Shown in pieces: positions 1 to 10,113 of a stretch of DNA of 64,000 nt. This DNA comes from an uncultured Chloroflexia bacterium (GTDB lineage: Bacteria > Chloroflexota > Limnocylindria > Limnocylindrales > CSP1-4). The first letter of the stretch is position 1. Each line of letters begins with the position of its first letter. The notes beneath the pieces were generated by a model. The model was not told the origin of the DNA. It ran no database searches and saw only the letters and a list, made by a program, of their open reading frames with translations. The position numbers and the translations under genes were made by a program. The stretch lies in the NCBI GenBank assembly GCA_963715245.1, contig CAVQRM010000001.1, forward strand, positions 1,051,797-1,115,796. Reading direction: 5' to 3'.

Positions 1-789
1 CGGGTCCGCCGCCGGTGGGTCGACCACCACGAACCCGTCGATGCCCACGTACGGATGCCCGGACGTCCCGAGCACGCGGATCGTGATCGTGTGCGGCCCG
101 CTGGAGGGCAAAGCGTGCCGGAACACGACCCGGCGGTACTGGGGGCTCGAGCGGTACAGGTCGACGATGCCGACCACCGTGCCGTCGACCGAGACCTCGG
201 CGCGGCCGCGCGTGCTCCTGCGGGTCCCGAACCAGGCAATCTGGCTTCCGGTGAAGGCGTAGGTCAGGGTGGCGCCCGCGGTCCCCGACCGCAGCTCGCG
301 GTCACCGAGGTAGCCGGTCGCCGATGTCAGCGTCCACGGCCCCGTCGTCGTCACCGCATCGTGCTGCTCGTTCACTCGGCGGACGCGGAAGGTCGCTGCC
401 GAGAGGTAGGTGCTCCGGTTGCCGGCACCATCGCGCGCCTTGACCCGGAACGCGTACTCGTGGGGCGGGCGCAGCGCCACGGAAACGCTGGTGACCCTGG
501 AGCTGGGGAGCGCCACCCGCTCCCACGAGCCGCCGTCCACCTGGCGCTGGAGGCTGTAGGCGGCAATCCCCGAGGGATCGGATGCCGACCAGGACACGGT
601 GAACGGGACCGTGGAGCGCTCGACGGTCCCGCCGAGCCTGGGCCTGGCGACCGGCGCCACCACCACGGGCGGGATGGTGTCGACGATGGCGTCCGCGGTG
701 GGTGCGATCGGGGACCCCGGCGCGGCCGACGCGACCACCATGACGACGAGCGCGGCGGCTGTGCGGCGGATCGAGCGCGGGAACTGCAC
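1..789 (-). CDS. Secreted protein with fibronectin-III-like and beta-sandwich domains; runs off the window start
   Basis: Not in the ORF track because it is open at the edge. GGAGG then GTG at 789; signal-like N-terminus (RSIRRTAAALVVMVVASAAPG); FN3-like VSWSASDPSGIAAYSLQRQVDGGSW...YAFRVKARDGAGNRS; then YAFTGSQIAW...GRAEVSVDG...GPHTITIRVLG. Confidence 0.7.
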   Translation of the reverse strand, partial: MQFPRSIRRTAAALVVMVVASAAPGSPIAPTADAIVDTIPPVVVAPVARPRLGGTVERSTVPFTVSWSASDPSGIAAYSLQRQVDGGSWERVALPSSRVTSVSVALRPPHEYAFRVKARDGAGNRSTYLSAATFRVRRVNEQHDAVTTTGPWTLTSATGYLGDRELRSGTAGATLTYAFTGSQIAWFGTRRSTRGRAEVSVDGTVVGIVDLYRSSPQYRRVVFRHALPSSGPHTITIRVLGTSGHPYVGIDGFVVVDPPAADP

Positions 790-880
790 GGCACCTCCCT
801 GGTGACGGATCAATGGTCACCCCTCGCGCCCGATCCGTCCAACCACCCGGACGGGTGGGCCGCGCCCGCCAGGAGTCCGG

Positions 881-1243
881 TCAGCGAGCCTCGACGAACA
901 GCTCGGTGAAGGACGTGCAGCGGCCGCCGCTGTCGAACTCGAGCAGGAAGACGTTGCTGTAGGCGCGAGCGCCGTCAGCGTCCCGGTAGCGGCTGGTGCC
1001 GGTGGCGACCGCGCGGGTGCCCTCGACCGCCCACGGCCGGTACTCCGCGTCATACGTGCCCGGCTCGTCCCGGTTCGCCAGCCAGTCGGCCACGATCGCA
1101 TCCCGCCCCGCCAGGGGCTCGTCCGTCGGCCGGTAGCGGTATCGGGCGTCGTCCGTGAACAGCGCGGCGATGCTGTCCGGGTCGTACGACTTCCAGGCGC
1201 CGACGTAGGCGTCGAGCCAGCGGGTGACGTCGTCGTGGGTCAT
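881..1243 (-). CDS. SnoaL-like / NTF2-family protein
   Basis: 120 aa; WLDAYVGAW...IAALFTDDARYRYRP...GRDAIVADW...YSNVFLLEFD.GRCTSFTE; GGAGG RBS. Confidence 0.85.
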   Translation of the reverse strand: MTHDDVTRWLDAYVGAWKSYDPDSIAALFTDDARYRYRPTDEPLAGRDAIVADWLANRDEPGTYDAEYRPWAVEGTRAVATGTSRYRDADGARAYSNVFLLEFDSGGRCTSFTELFVEAR

Positions 1244-1280
1244 TCGGGTGCCTCCGGGCGTGGGCGTCGTAGAACGAGTG

Positions 1281-1316
1281 GTAACCGATGATATCCTTCG
1301 AAGCGGTTACTGACAA
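1281..1316 (-). promoter_or_regulatory. Sigma70-type promoter of the SnoaL gene with an overlapping inverted repeat
   Basis: Minus strand TTGTCA-N17-TATCAT; inverted repeat GTAACCG (1281-1287) / CGGTTAC (1304-1310) brackets the -10. Confidence 0.6.
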
Positions 1317-1417
1317 GAGCCCACCCAACAGAGCCCCGCGGTGACGCCCGTGCGCCGTGGGCGACAATGCGGCCGTCGCCGCCCGTCCGCCGCCACGACC
1401 CACCCCGAGGAGTCCTG

Positions 1418-2860
1418 ATGCCCGCTCCGTCCCGAGCCCCGATTGTCGCCCCCGATGCGATCGACGCCGCCCTCGCCCGCGCCGCCGAGCTGGCGCGCGA
1501 GTACGTCGCCGGGCTACCGGAGTCTCCGGTGGGTGCCACGGCCACGGTGGCGGAGCTGCGCGAGCGGTTTGGCGGCCCGCTGCCCGAGGCAGGGGAGGAC
1601 CCGGTGGCGACGGTGGAGGCGCTTGCCGCGGCGGCCGACGGCGGGCTCATCGGCAGCGCCGGCCCGCGGTACTTCGGCTTCGTCATCGGCGGCAGCGTGC
1701 CGGCGGCCCTGGGAGCGGACTGGCTGACCAGCGCGTGGGATCAGAATGCCGGCCTGTATGTCATCGGTCCGGCGGCGGCCGTGGCCGAGGAGGTGGCCGG
1801 CAGCTGGCTGGCCGAGCTCTTCGGGCTGCCGCACGGAGTGTCAGTCGGCTTCACCACCGGGGCGACGATGGCCACCTTCACTGGTCTCGCCGCCGGCCGG
1901 CACCGGCTGCTTGAGCGGGCCGGTTGGGACGTGGAGCGCCAGGGCCTGTTCGGTGCGCCGGACCTGCCCGTTGTCGTCTCCGACGAGTCGCACGTCACGA
2001 TCTTCGCGGCGCTCCAGATGCTCGGCCTTGGACGCGAGCGGGTCATTCGCGTGCCCACGGACGGCCAGGGTGCGATGCGCGCCGACGCCCTGGCCGGGGT
2101 GCTCGCGGGGCTCGACCGCCCGGCGCTCGTGACGGCGCAGGCCGGCAACGTCAACACCGGCGCCTTCGACCCGCTGCCCGAGATCGTCGCGGCCGTTCGG
2201 GCGAACGGGGGCTGGCTCCACGTGGATGGCGCGTTCGGCCTGTGGGCGGCGGCGGACCCGGCGCGGCGCCACCACGTCGAGAGCGTGGGGCTCGCGGATT
2301 CGTGGACCACCGATGCCCACAAGTGGCTCAACGTCCCGTACGACTCCGGGCTCTCGTTCGTGGCCGATCCGGCCGCCCACCATGCGGCGATGACCCTCGG
2401 TGCCGCCTACTACGTCGAGACCACCGGCACGGAGCGCGACCCGTACAACTGGGTCGCGGAGTCCTCCCGGCGGGCACGGGGGTTCGCCGTGTGGGCCGCC
2501 GTCCGATCGCTCGGCCGACAGGGCCTCGCGGAGATGATCGGTCGAACCTCCGACCTGGCCCGGCGGTTCGCGGCCGGGCTCGAGGGGGCGCCGGACGTCC
2601 GGATCCTCAACGACGTCGTGCTCAACCAGGTCCTCGTTCGGTTCGACGACCCCTCCGGCGACGATGCTGCAGGGGATGCCCGCACGGACGCGGTGATCGC
2701 CGCCGTCCAGGCCGACGGGACGCTGTGGCTGGGTGGGACCCGCTGGCACGGCCTGCGCGCGATGCGCATCTCCGTGTCCGGCTGGGGGACCACGGAGGCG
2801 GACGTGGATGCCTCGGTGGCCGTGATCCGCCGGATCGCGGGCGAGATCCGCGGGGCGTGA
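1418..2860 (+). CDS. PLP-dependent group II amino-acid decarboxylase
   Basis: PRYFGFVIGG, AWDQNA, WLHVDGAFGLW, DSWTTDAHKWLNVPYDSG (PLP lysine); GAGGAG before ATG 1418. Confidence 0.9.
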   Translation: MPAPSRAPIVAPDAIDAALARAAELAREYVAGLPESPVGATATVAELRERFGGPLPEAGEDPVATVEALAAAADGGLIGSAGPRYFGFVIGGSVPAALGADWLTSAWDQNAGLYVIGPAAAVAEEVAGSWLAELFGLPHGVSVGFTTGATMATFTGLAAGRHRLLERAGWDVERQGLFGAPDLPVVVSDESHVTIFAALQMLGLGRERVIRVPTDGQGAMRADALAGVLAGLDRPALVTAQAGNVNTGAFDPLPEIVAAVRANGGWLHVDGAFGLWAAADPARRHHVESVGLADSWTTDAHKWLNVPYDSGLSFVADPAAHHAAMTLGAAYYVETTGTERDPYNWVAESSRRARGFAVWAAVRSLGRQGLAEMIGRTSDLARRFAAGLEGAPDVRILNDVVLNQVLVRFDDPSGDDAAGDARTDAVIAAVQADGTLWLGGTRWHGLRAMRISVSGWGTTEADVDASVAVIRRIAGEIRGA

Positions 2861-3588
2861 GCGACCCGGACTTCGCGCACCTCGCACAGCTCCACACGCT
2901 TCGCGGCATGGAGGTGCCAGGGATCGCCCGGGCGCTCGCCGGCGATGGCGAGCCCGAGCTCGTCTGGCGCAACGACCTCGGCGGGCTCACGTTTCGCATC
3001 GGTGACCGGTATCTCAAGTGGAACCCGCGGTCGACCGGGATCGACCTCGAGCGCGAGCGAGTCCGGCTGGGCTGGATCTCGAGTCGTCATCCGGCACCCC
3101 GGGTCGTGGATCACGGCAGCGATGCCGATGCGCAGTGGCTGCTGACCGAAGCACTACCCGGCGGGACGGCGGTGGGCGACACCTGGCGCGCCCGCCGGCC
3201 GGAGGCGATCCACGCGATCGCGGCGGGACTTCGTGCGATCCATGCCCTGCCGATCGCGGACGTCCCGGATCACTGGACGGCGGAGGTATGGGTTGGCCGC
3301 CGGCCGGCCTCGATCGGGACGCCGCCGCCGGTCGATGACCCCGTCGTCGTTCATGGCGACGCGTGCGCCCCGAACACGCTGATCTCGTCCGGGGGAACCT
3401 GGACCGGCAATGTCGACTTCGGCGACCTTGCGGTGGGCGACCGCTGGGCGGACCTCGCGATCGCGTCGCTCAGCCTCGACTGGAACTTCGGCGAGGGCCA
3501 CCAGCAGGAGCTGTTCGACGCGTACGGGATCGCCCACGACGCGGAGCGCATCCGCTGGTACCGGGCACTCTGGGAGCTCGAGTCCTGA
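2857..3588 (+). CDS. Aminoglycoside phosphotransferase (APH(3')-like) family kinase
   Basis: GTGA overlap with upstream gene; WRNDLGGLTF, YLKW, HGDACAPNTL, VDFGDLAVGDRWADLA motifs. Confidence 0.85.
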   Translation: MSDPDFAHLAQLHTLRGMEVPGIARALAGDGEPELVWRNDLGGLTFRIGDRYLKWNPRSTGIDLERERVRLGWISSRHPAPRVVDHGSDADAQWLLTEALPGGTAVGDTWRARRPEAIHAIAAGLRAIHALPIADVPDHWTAEVWVGRRPASIGTPPPVDDPVVVHGDACAPNTLISSGGTWTGNVDFGDLAVGDRWADLAIASLSLDWNFGEGHQQELFDAYGIAHDAERIRWYRALWELES

Positions 3589-3645
3589 TCGACCTCCGCG
3601 CGGGCGTGGCGCGGACTCGGCCGCCCGCTGATCGGGTGAGCGGAT

Positions 3646-3833
3646 GCACCGTGCACCGATCTGCCCGCCTGGCGGCACGCCTGTCGCGCACATCGGCTCA
3701 ACACGCGACCGACGTGCCGACCGGCGGGCCACAGGACGCACCGTGCGATGGTTCGCCCGCCTGGCGGCACGCGCGAGGCGGCACGCGGAAGGACGAGCGG
3801 CACGCGGAGCGACCAACGGCACGCGGAAGGACG
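3646..3833. repeat. Intergenic imperfect direct repeats (92-bp period and 19-bp period)
   Basis: GCACCGTGC at 3646 and 3738; GCCCGCCTGGCGGCACGC at 3663 and 3755; CGGCACGCGG at 3779, 3798 and 3817. Confidence 0.65.
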
Positions 3834-3969
3834 TCCGCCAGCGTGAGACACGGCCTCGACCGCGCCCGCGACGCCCGGTCGGGGGCCGCCTCGCTGTGCT
3901 GTAATGACCGCCACGCCACTCCCCGAGCACACGCGGGCGCCGGATCGGACGCCCGGAACGGAGGACCCG

Positions 3970-5307
3970 ATGGGCATCAGCGCCGCACCCGGCATGACGA
4001 CCGAGGAGATCGTCGCCCTTTCCCGGGAGCACACCCTGTTCTCCTGGTCCGTGCAGGGCGCGCTGGACCCCATCGCGGTCGACCACGCCGAGGGCGTCTA
4101 CCTCTACACCCCCGAGGGACGCCGGATCCTCGACTTCAACGCCCAGCTGATGTCGGTGAACATCGGCCACGGCGACCGGCGCGTCGTGGACGCGATCACC
4201 GAGCAGGCGACGAAGCTCCAGTACGTCCAGCCCGCGTTCGTGACGGAGATCCGCGCCCGGCTGGGCGCGAAGCTGGCCGAGATCATGCCCGGCGACATGA
4301 ACAAGGTGTTCTTCACGCATCGGCGGCGCCGAGGCGGTCGAGAACGCGATCAAGCTCGCCCGGCACCACACCGGCCGGTACAAGCTCCTCGCGCGGTACC
4401 GCAGCTACCACGGCGCGACGTTCGGCGCGATGACGCTCACCGGCGACTACCGGCGCTGGGCGAACGAGCCCGGCCTCGTGGGCGTCGTGCGCTACCCGGA
4501 CACGCACCGCTGGGGCGAGGCCGGAGCCGCGTCCGGTCGAGGAGTCCCTGAACGGGCTCGAGGACGTCATCAAGTACGAGGGCGCCCACACGATCGCGGC
4601 GGTGTTCCTCGAGACGATCGTGGGCACGAACGGCATCCTCATCCCGCCGGACGGCTACCTGAAGGGCGTCCGCGAGCTGTGCGACCGCTACGGGATCCTG
4701 ATGGTGGCCGACGAGGTGATGGCGGGCTTCGGGCGCACCGGGCGCTGGTTCGCCGTCGACCACTGGGACGTCGTGCCGGACCTGATGACGATGGCCAAGG
4801 GCCTCACCAGCAGCTATCTGCCGCTGGGAGCGGTCGCGATGCGGGACCACATCGCGGAGGGCCTCGAGCAGAAGATGTTCTACGGCGGCCTCACCTACAG
4901 CTCGCACCCGGTGAGCCTCGCAGCCGCGCTGGCCACGATCCGCGTCTACGAGGAGGACGACCTGATCGGCAACACGGCCCGCCTCGACGGCGTGATGCGC
5001 GCCCACCACGAGGCGCTCGCCGCGAAGCACCCGAGCGTGGGTGCCCACCGGAACCTCGGGCTGTTCGGGATCCTCGACCTCGTCCGGATCGCGGGACCCG
5101 TGGACCCCGATGACGCCGTTCAACGGGACCAGCGACGAGATGAAGGCGATCGGCGCGTTCTTCCGCGCCAACGGCCTGTACACGATGATCGCCAACAACT
5201 CGATCCACACGAACCCGCCGCTGTGCATCACCGAGGAGCAACTGGCCGAGGGCTTCGACGTGATCGACCGGGCGCTGGACATCGCGGACCAGGCGGTGAC
5301 CGGCTAG
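3970..5307 (+). CDS. Class III aminotransferase (beta-alanine/taurine-pyruvate type), with three frameshifts
   Basis: HTLFSWSVQ, DFNAQLMSVNIGH, ETIVGTNGILIPP, DEVMAGFGRTG, MAKGLTS, YGGLTYSSHP, NPPLCI spread over four frame segments; shifts near 4319, 4523 and 5090. Confidence 0.85.
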
Positions 5308-5338
5308 GCGCCGGGCAGCGTCCGATCGAGGTCCGCGC

Positions 5339-6294
5339 GTGACCGCCCGCTCCGGCCGCGAGGAACTCCACCTGCTCGAGCGCGAGCTCGAGCTGGAGAT
5401 GCACGCCGCCCAGCCGCGCGTCCCGCGGTTGAAGTGGCGCCGCCCCGTCGCCTTCCTGATCGTGATCGCGGGGATGCTGGTGCTGTGGGAGGGCGTCAAG
5501 TTCCTCGGGGGCCCGCCGTGGCGGCTGCCCGGGCAGGGCCCCGGCGACCCGATCATCTGGAACCCGCCGTTCCGCTGGCCGTTCGCGAGCGACCTCAACC
5601 TGCCGCACGTCTGGAACATCTTCTACGCGTTCGGGCAGCCGTTCCAGCGCGGTGCCGACGAGACGCTGCTGCAGTACCTCGTGGGCGCGGCGTTCTACAC
5701 CTGGCGGGAGGCGATCCTCGGCTTCATCCTGGGGAGCCTGCTCGGGCTCGGCCTCGCGACGGCGTTCGTCCACTCGAGGATCGCCGAGCGCGCGTTCGTC
5801 CCCTATGTCGTGGCCAGCCAGACCATCCCGATCATCGCCCTCGCGCCGCTCATCGTGTTCGCCCTCGGGCCAGGGGGTGTTCTCGGTCGTGGTCATCGCC
5901 ACCTACCTCACGTTCTTCCCGGTCACGATCGCGATGCTCCGCGGCCTGCGGTCGTTCGACCCCCGGGCGCTGGAGCTGATGCGCTCGTACGGCGCGTCGC
6001 AGGACCGCCGTCTACACGAAGCTGCGGCTGCCGGCGTCGATGCCCTACCTGTTCACCGCGCTCAAGATCGCCGCGACGGCGGCCATCGTCGGCGCGATCA
6101 TCGGCGAGGACACGGGAGCGATCCAGGAGGGCCTGGGCCGTGTCATCACCACGTTCAACCAGTACTACGCCACCGGGCCCGAGAAGCTCTGGGCCGCGAT
6201 CCTCGTCGCGGCAGCCCTTGGCATCGTGTTCTTCCTGCTCGTCCGCATCGCCGAGATCCTCGCCCTGCGCCGCCGCCCGGGGATCGACGCATGA
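5339..6294 (+). CDS. ABC transporter permease (NitT/TauT family), frameshifted
   Basis: ASQTIPIIALAPL, YLTFFPVTIAMLRGL, ALELMRSYGAS, PYLFTALK; shifts near 5872 and 6005. Confidence 0.85.
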
Positions 6295-7194
6295 CCGCAC
6301 CGAACGAAGGAGCGCCGACCAGCATGGCCGAAGCCGCCGAACCGGCCGCACCCGCCGAGACCCAGCCCGTCGTCCGCATCCGGGGCGCGGACAAGGTGTT
6401 CACCGGTCGCGACGGGGGCCAGACCGTGGCGCTCCAGGCGATCGACCTCGACATCGAGCCGGGCCAGTTCGTGTCGCTGATCGGCCCGTCCGGCTGTGGC
6501 AAGTCGACCCTCCTGCGCGTCATCGGGGACCTCGTGCAGCCGACGCGTGGCGACGTCCAGGTCAACGGCAAGACCGCCGGACAGGCCCGGCTCGACCGCG
6601 ACTACGGGATGGTCTTCCAGGCGCCCGTCCTGTTCGACTGGCGGAGCGTGGAGGACAACGTCCAGCTCCCGCTCGAGATCCTGGGCAAGCCGAAGGACTG
6701 GCGGGCGAAGCGCGCGAAGGAGATGCTCGAGCTCGTCGAGCTCGGCGACTTCACCCGGCACATGCCGTACCAGCTCTCGGGCGGGATGCAGCAGCGGGTG
6801 GCCATCGCCAGGGCGCTGTCGTTCGAGCCCCGAATCCTGCTCATGGACGAACCGTTCGGCGCGCTCGACGAGATGACCCGCGAACGCATGAACGACGAGG
6901 TGCTCCGGATCTGGGAGCAGACGGGCACCACCGTCGTGTTCGTCACCCACTCCATCCCGGAGGCCGTGTACCTCTCACTCGCGAGTCGTGGTGATGAGCG
7001 CGCGGCCGGGCAGGATCACGAAGATCGTGGACATCGACCTGCCGCGGCCGCGCAACGAGGAGACCCGCGAGAGCGAGCGCTACTTCGCGCTCATCACGGA
7101 GGTCCGGGAGGCGCTTCGCGCCGGCGGCGGGGACATCGACGATGCCGGGACCCCGTCGCCCCGCCGCACGCTGGCCGAGGGCGCGGTCGGGTGA
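6291..7194 (+). CDS. ABC transporter ATP-binding protein (NitT/TauT family), frameshifted near 6978
   Basis: GPSGCGKST, LSGGMQQRV, LLMDEPFGALDEMTRE, VFVTHSIPEAV, VMSARPGRI. Confidence 0.9.
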
Positions 7195-8045
7195 GCGCCG
7201 CCACCGGCGTCGCGGGCCAGGCGCCCCCGTCCCGGGCCGCGCCCGGACCGGGCGCGCGCGCGACGCGCGCTCTCCGGGACTATGCGCCGGCGATCCTGGT
7301 CGCCGTGGGGGGCCTGGTCCTGTGGGAGGTGCTGATCCGCGGGCTGAGCCTGAGCACGTTCATCCTGCCGGCACCGTCCGCGATCCTGGCCGCCCTCGTC
7401 GAGAACTGGAACGGGGAGCGGTTCCCGCTGTTCGAGTCCGCCAAGAACACGATCGTCGAGGCGGTCGGCGGCTTCGTCATCGGCACGACGACGGGCGTGG
7501 TGTTCGCCTTTGCAGCGGCCCGGTGGTCCTCCATGCGGGCGCTCCTGCTCCCGCTCGCGGTCGCCGCGAACGCCATCCCGATCATCGCCTTCGCCCCGCT
7601 GTTCAACACCTGGTTCGGGCTGCTCAACCCGCTGTCCAAGATGATGATGGCGGCGGTCCTCTCCTTCTTCCCGGTCATGGCCAACGTGACCAGGGGCCTG
7701 TCCGGCGTCGACCCCGCGGCGCTGGAGCTGATGCGCTCCTACGCCGCCACGGACGGGGAGATCCTGCGCAAGCTCCGCGTGCCGAACGCGCTCCCGTACT
7801 TCTTCACGGCCCTCAAGCTCGCCTCCACCCTGAGCCTCATCGGGGCCATCGTCGCGGAGTACTTCGGCGGGCAGGGGAGCGTGCTCGGTCGGATGATCGT
7901 GCAGAGTGCGAGCGCGCTGCGCTTCGACATCACGTGGGCCGCGGTGACGCTCGCCGCGATCGCCGGGATCACGTTCTACCTCGCCATCGCGCTGGTGGAG
8001 CGGATCGTCATCCCGTGGCACGCGTCGTCGCGCAACGAGGGCTGA
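7191..8045 (+). CDS. ABC transporter permease (NitT/TauT family)
   Basis: GTGA overlap; FILPAPSAI, NAIPIIAFAPL, ELMRSYAA, LRVPNALPYFF. Confidence 0.9.
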   Translation: MSAATGVAGQAPPSRAAPGPGARATRALRDYAPAILVAVGGLVLWEVLIRGLSLSTFILPAPSAILAALVENWNGERFPLFESAKNTIVEAVGGFVIGTTTGVVFAFAAARWSSMRALLLPLAVAANAIPIIAFAPLFNTWFGLLNPLSKMMMAAVLSFFPVMANVTRGLSGVDPAALELMRSYAATDGEILRKLRVPNALPYFFTALKLASTLSLIGAIVAEYFGGQGSVLGRMIVQSASALRFDITWAAVTLAAIAGITFYLAIALVERIVIPWHASSRNEG

Positions 8046-8197
8046 GCGCGATCCTCCGCCGCATCCAGGGTGAAACGCGCCGGGCGGTTCCCAGCGCAAG
8101 CCGGATTCGGTATCGTTCCGCCGAACCGCGGCGGTGCGCCGCACGAGGAGGAACGGACGTCCCCAACCCGAGCGGGGCGCCGAAGTAGAGGAGAGGC

Positions 8198-9394
8198 ATG
8201 AGGAAGCAGACACGCGTCCTCGGGCTGGCCACGGCGGCAACGATGCTGTTCGCCGCGTGTGGTGGCTCGGCCGCGACCCAGGCTCCCGCGACCGCGGCGC
8301 CGGCCACCGCGGCCCCCGCCTCGCAGGCAGCGAGCGAGGCACCTGCCAGTCCGGGGGGCGAGGCGGCGACGGTCCGGCTCCAGCTCCAGTGGGTGCCCCA
8401 GGCGCAGTTCGCGGGCTACTTCGCCGCGGACAAGCAGGGCTACTACGAGGCCGAGAACCTCACCGTCGAGATCCTCGACGGTGGCCCGACGATCGTTCCC
8501 CAGCAGGTCGGCTCGGCGCCGGACGGCCCCGAGTTCACGATCTCCTGGGTGCCCAAGGTCCTCGAGGCGCGCGAGCAGGGCTCCGACCTCGTGGACATCG
8601 CCCAGATCTTCCAGCGCTCGGGCACCCTGAGCGTCGCCTGGAAGGACAGCGGCATCACCGACCCGTGCGGCGCTGCCGGCAAGAAGGTCGGCGTCTGGGA
8701 CTTCGGCAACGAGTTCGAGGTCACCGCTGGTCTTTCGCTCAACTGCGCCCTGACGCCGGGCCTCGAGAACGGTGGCGATCCGGCCACGCAGTACCAGAAG
8801 GTCATCCAGGCCTTCGACATGGTCGCCTTCCTCAACCGGGAGATCGACCTCGCCGAGGCCATGATCTACAACGAGTACGCGCAGGTGCTCGAGGCCACGA
8901 ACCCGACCAATGGCGAGCTGTACAAGCCCGAGGACCTCGTCGTCTTCGACTGGAACGACTACCGGTCGGCGATGCTCCAGGACGCGCTGTTCGCCCGGGA
9001 GGCTTGGCTCAAGGAGGGCAACAACCGCGACGTGGCCGTGCGCTTCGTCCGGGCGTCACTCAAGGGCTGGATGTACTGCCGCGACAACCCGGCCGAGTGC
9101 GTCCAGTACACGACCGACGCCGGCTCGCAGCTCGGCACCGGCCACCAGAACTGGATGATGAACGAGGTCAACGCGCTCGTCTGGCCGTCGCCGGACGGCG
9201 TGGGGATGCTCGACCCGATCAGCTGGAACCAGACCGTCCAGGTCGCGAAGGGCCAGGGGATCATCAAGCAGGATCCGTCAACCACGGCCTACGACACATC
9301 GATCGTCACCGACGCGTGGGTGGGCATCGAGGGCGACCCCAAGGGCGAGTCGTTCACCAAGGGCACCGTCGAGGTCACGCCCGGCGGCAACTGA
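8198..9394 (+). CDS. ABC substrate-binding lipoprotein, NMT1/THI5-like (pyrimidine/nucleoside-type)
   Basis: Lipobox FAACG; LQLQWVPQAQFAGYFAA, AQIFQRSG, AMIYNEYAQVLE, AMLQDA. Confidence 0.88.
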   Translation: MRKQTRVLGLATAATMLFAACGGSAATQAPATAAPATAAPASQAASEAPASPGGEAATVRLQLQWVPQAQFAGYFAADKQGYYEAENLTVEILDGGPTIVPQQVGSAPDGPEFTISWVPKVLEAREQGSDLVDIAQIFQRSGTLSVAWKDSGITDPCGAAGKKVGVWDFGNEFEVTAGLSLNCALTPGLENGGDPATQYQKVIQAFDMVAFLNREIDLAEAMIYNEYAQVLEATNPTNGELYKPEDLVVFDWNDYRSAMLQDALFAREAWLKEGNNRDVAVRFVRASLKGWMYCRDNPAECVQYTTDAGSQLGTGHQNWMMNEVNALVWPSPDGVGMLDPISWNQTVQVAKGQGIIKQDPSTTAYDTSIVTDAWVGIEGDPKGESFTKGTVEVTPGGN

Positions 9395-9416
9395 GCCCGG
9401 TTCGCACCGGACAGAC

Positions 9417-9446
9417 GAACGGCCGGCCCGAGAGGGCCGGCCGTTC
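9417..9446. terminator. Stem-loop between convergent genes, probable bidirectional terminator
   Basis: GAACGGCCGGCCC-GAGA-GGGCCGGCCGTTC: perfect 13-bp stem with a GNRA loop. Confidence 0.75.
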
Positions 9447-9467
9447 CATGTTGGTCGGCGAACGCCG

Positions 9468-9890
9468 TCAGCGGAGCTGGCCGCGGAGCGCCCCCCCGGG
9501 GTACGTGGCGTTGTGGACGTTCACGTAGTAGGAGGCGGGGTCGCGGATCAGGTCCAGCGCGATATCGCGGGTCACGGTCGTGCAGCCCGAGGTCGGCGAG
9601 AGCGGCACGAGGACGCCACCCGGGACGCCGGCCGCGCCGGTGTGGATGTGCGCGGCGACGATCGCATCCACCCCCGTCACCTCGATCCACCAGCAGACCG
9701 TGCGGGTGCCCGCGTTCACGGTGACCACGGCGGTGCCCGAGCCGTCGGGGTCGCCTGCCATCGGCACCTCGTTCGCGCCGAGGAGCTCCACGTGGAACGG
9801 CCGCCCGCCCGCGGCCGTGGCCGATCCTGCCCCGACGGCGAGGACGAGTGTCGCGGCGGCAAGGACGCGGATTGCGTGTCGGGTGCGCAT
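9468..9890 (-). CDS. Secreted CHRD-domain protein
   Basis: Signal peptide; LLGANEVP..GDPDGSGTA, AAHIHTGAAGVPG, YYVNVHNATYPGGALRGQL; GGAGGAG RBS. Confidence 0.9.
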   Translation of the reverse strand: MRTRHAIRVLAAATLVLAVGAGSATAAGGRPFHVELLGANEVPMAGDPDGSGTAVVTVNAGTRTVCWWIEVTGVDAIVAAHIHTGAAGVPGGVLVPLSPTSGCTTVTRDIALDLIRDPASYYVNVHNATYPGGALRGQLR

Positions 9891-10113
9891 GTGGCTCCTC
9901 CGTAGCTGCCGGGTGCGGACTGTGGCACCCGGGTTCGCGATCAGATACGCACGGATCCCCTGCCCGGATCGCGCCGTCCCGGTTTGCGCCACGAGACTGG
10001 TGCGGACCGCGGGTCTCGTGTCGCGTGTCCGACATGCCGGCCCGCACGGGGCGTCCTACACTCCGGGCGCCGGGGAACGGCGAGGTCGCCGGCAGCCGAG
10101 GAGGAGACGAGCA

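Noticed and set aside
2857-3588. Acquired aminoglycoside resistance gene
   Set aside because: Composition matches the host, no mobile context, and fold membership alone does not show resistance
8046-8197. Possible riboswitch (TPP or glycine) upstream of the NMT1-like SBP
   Set aside because: Only a CGCCGAAG fragment is present; I could not find the TPP (CTGAGA, ACCTGA) or full glycine aptamer elements. An Rfam scan would settle it
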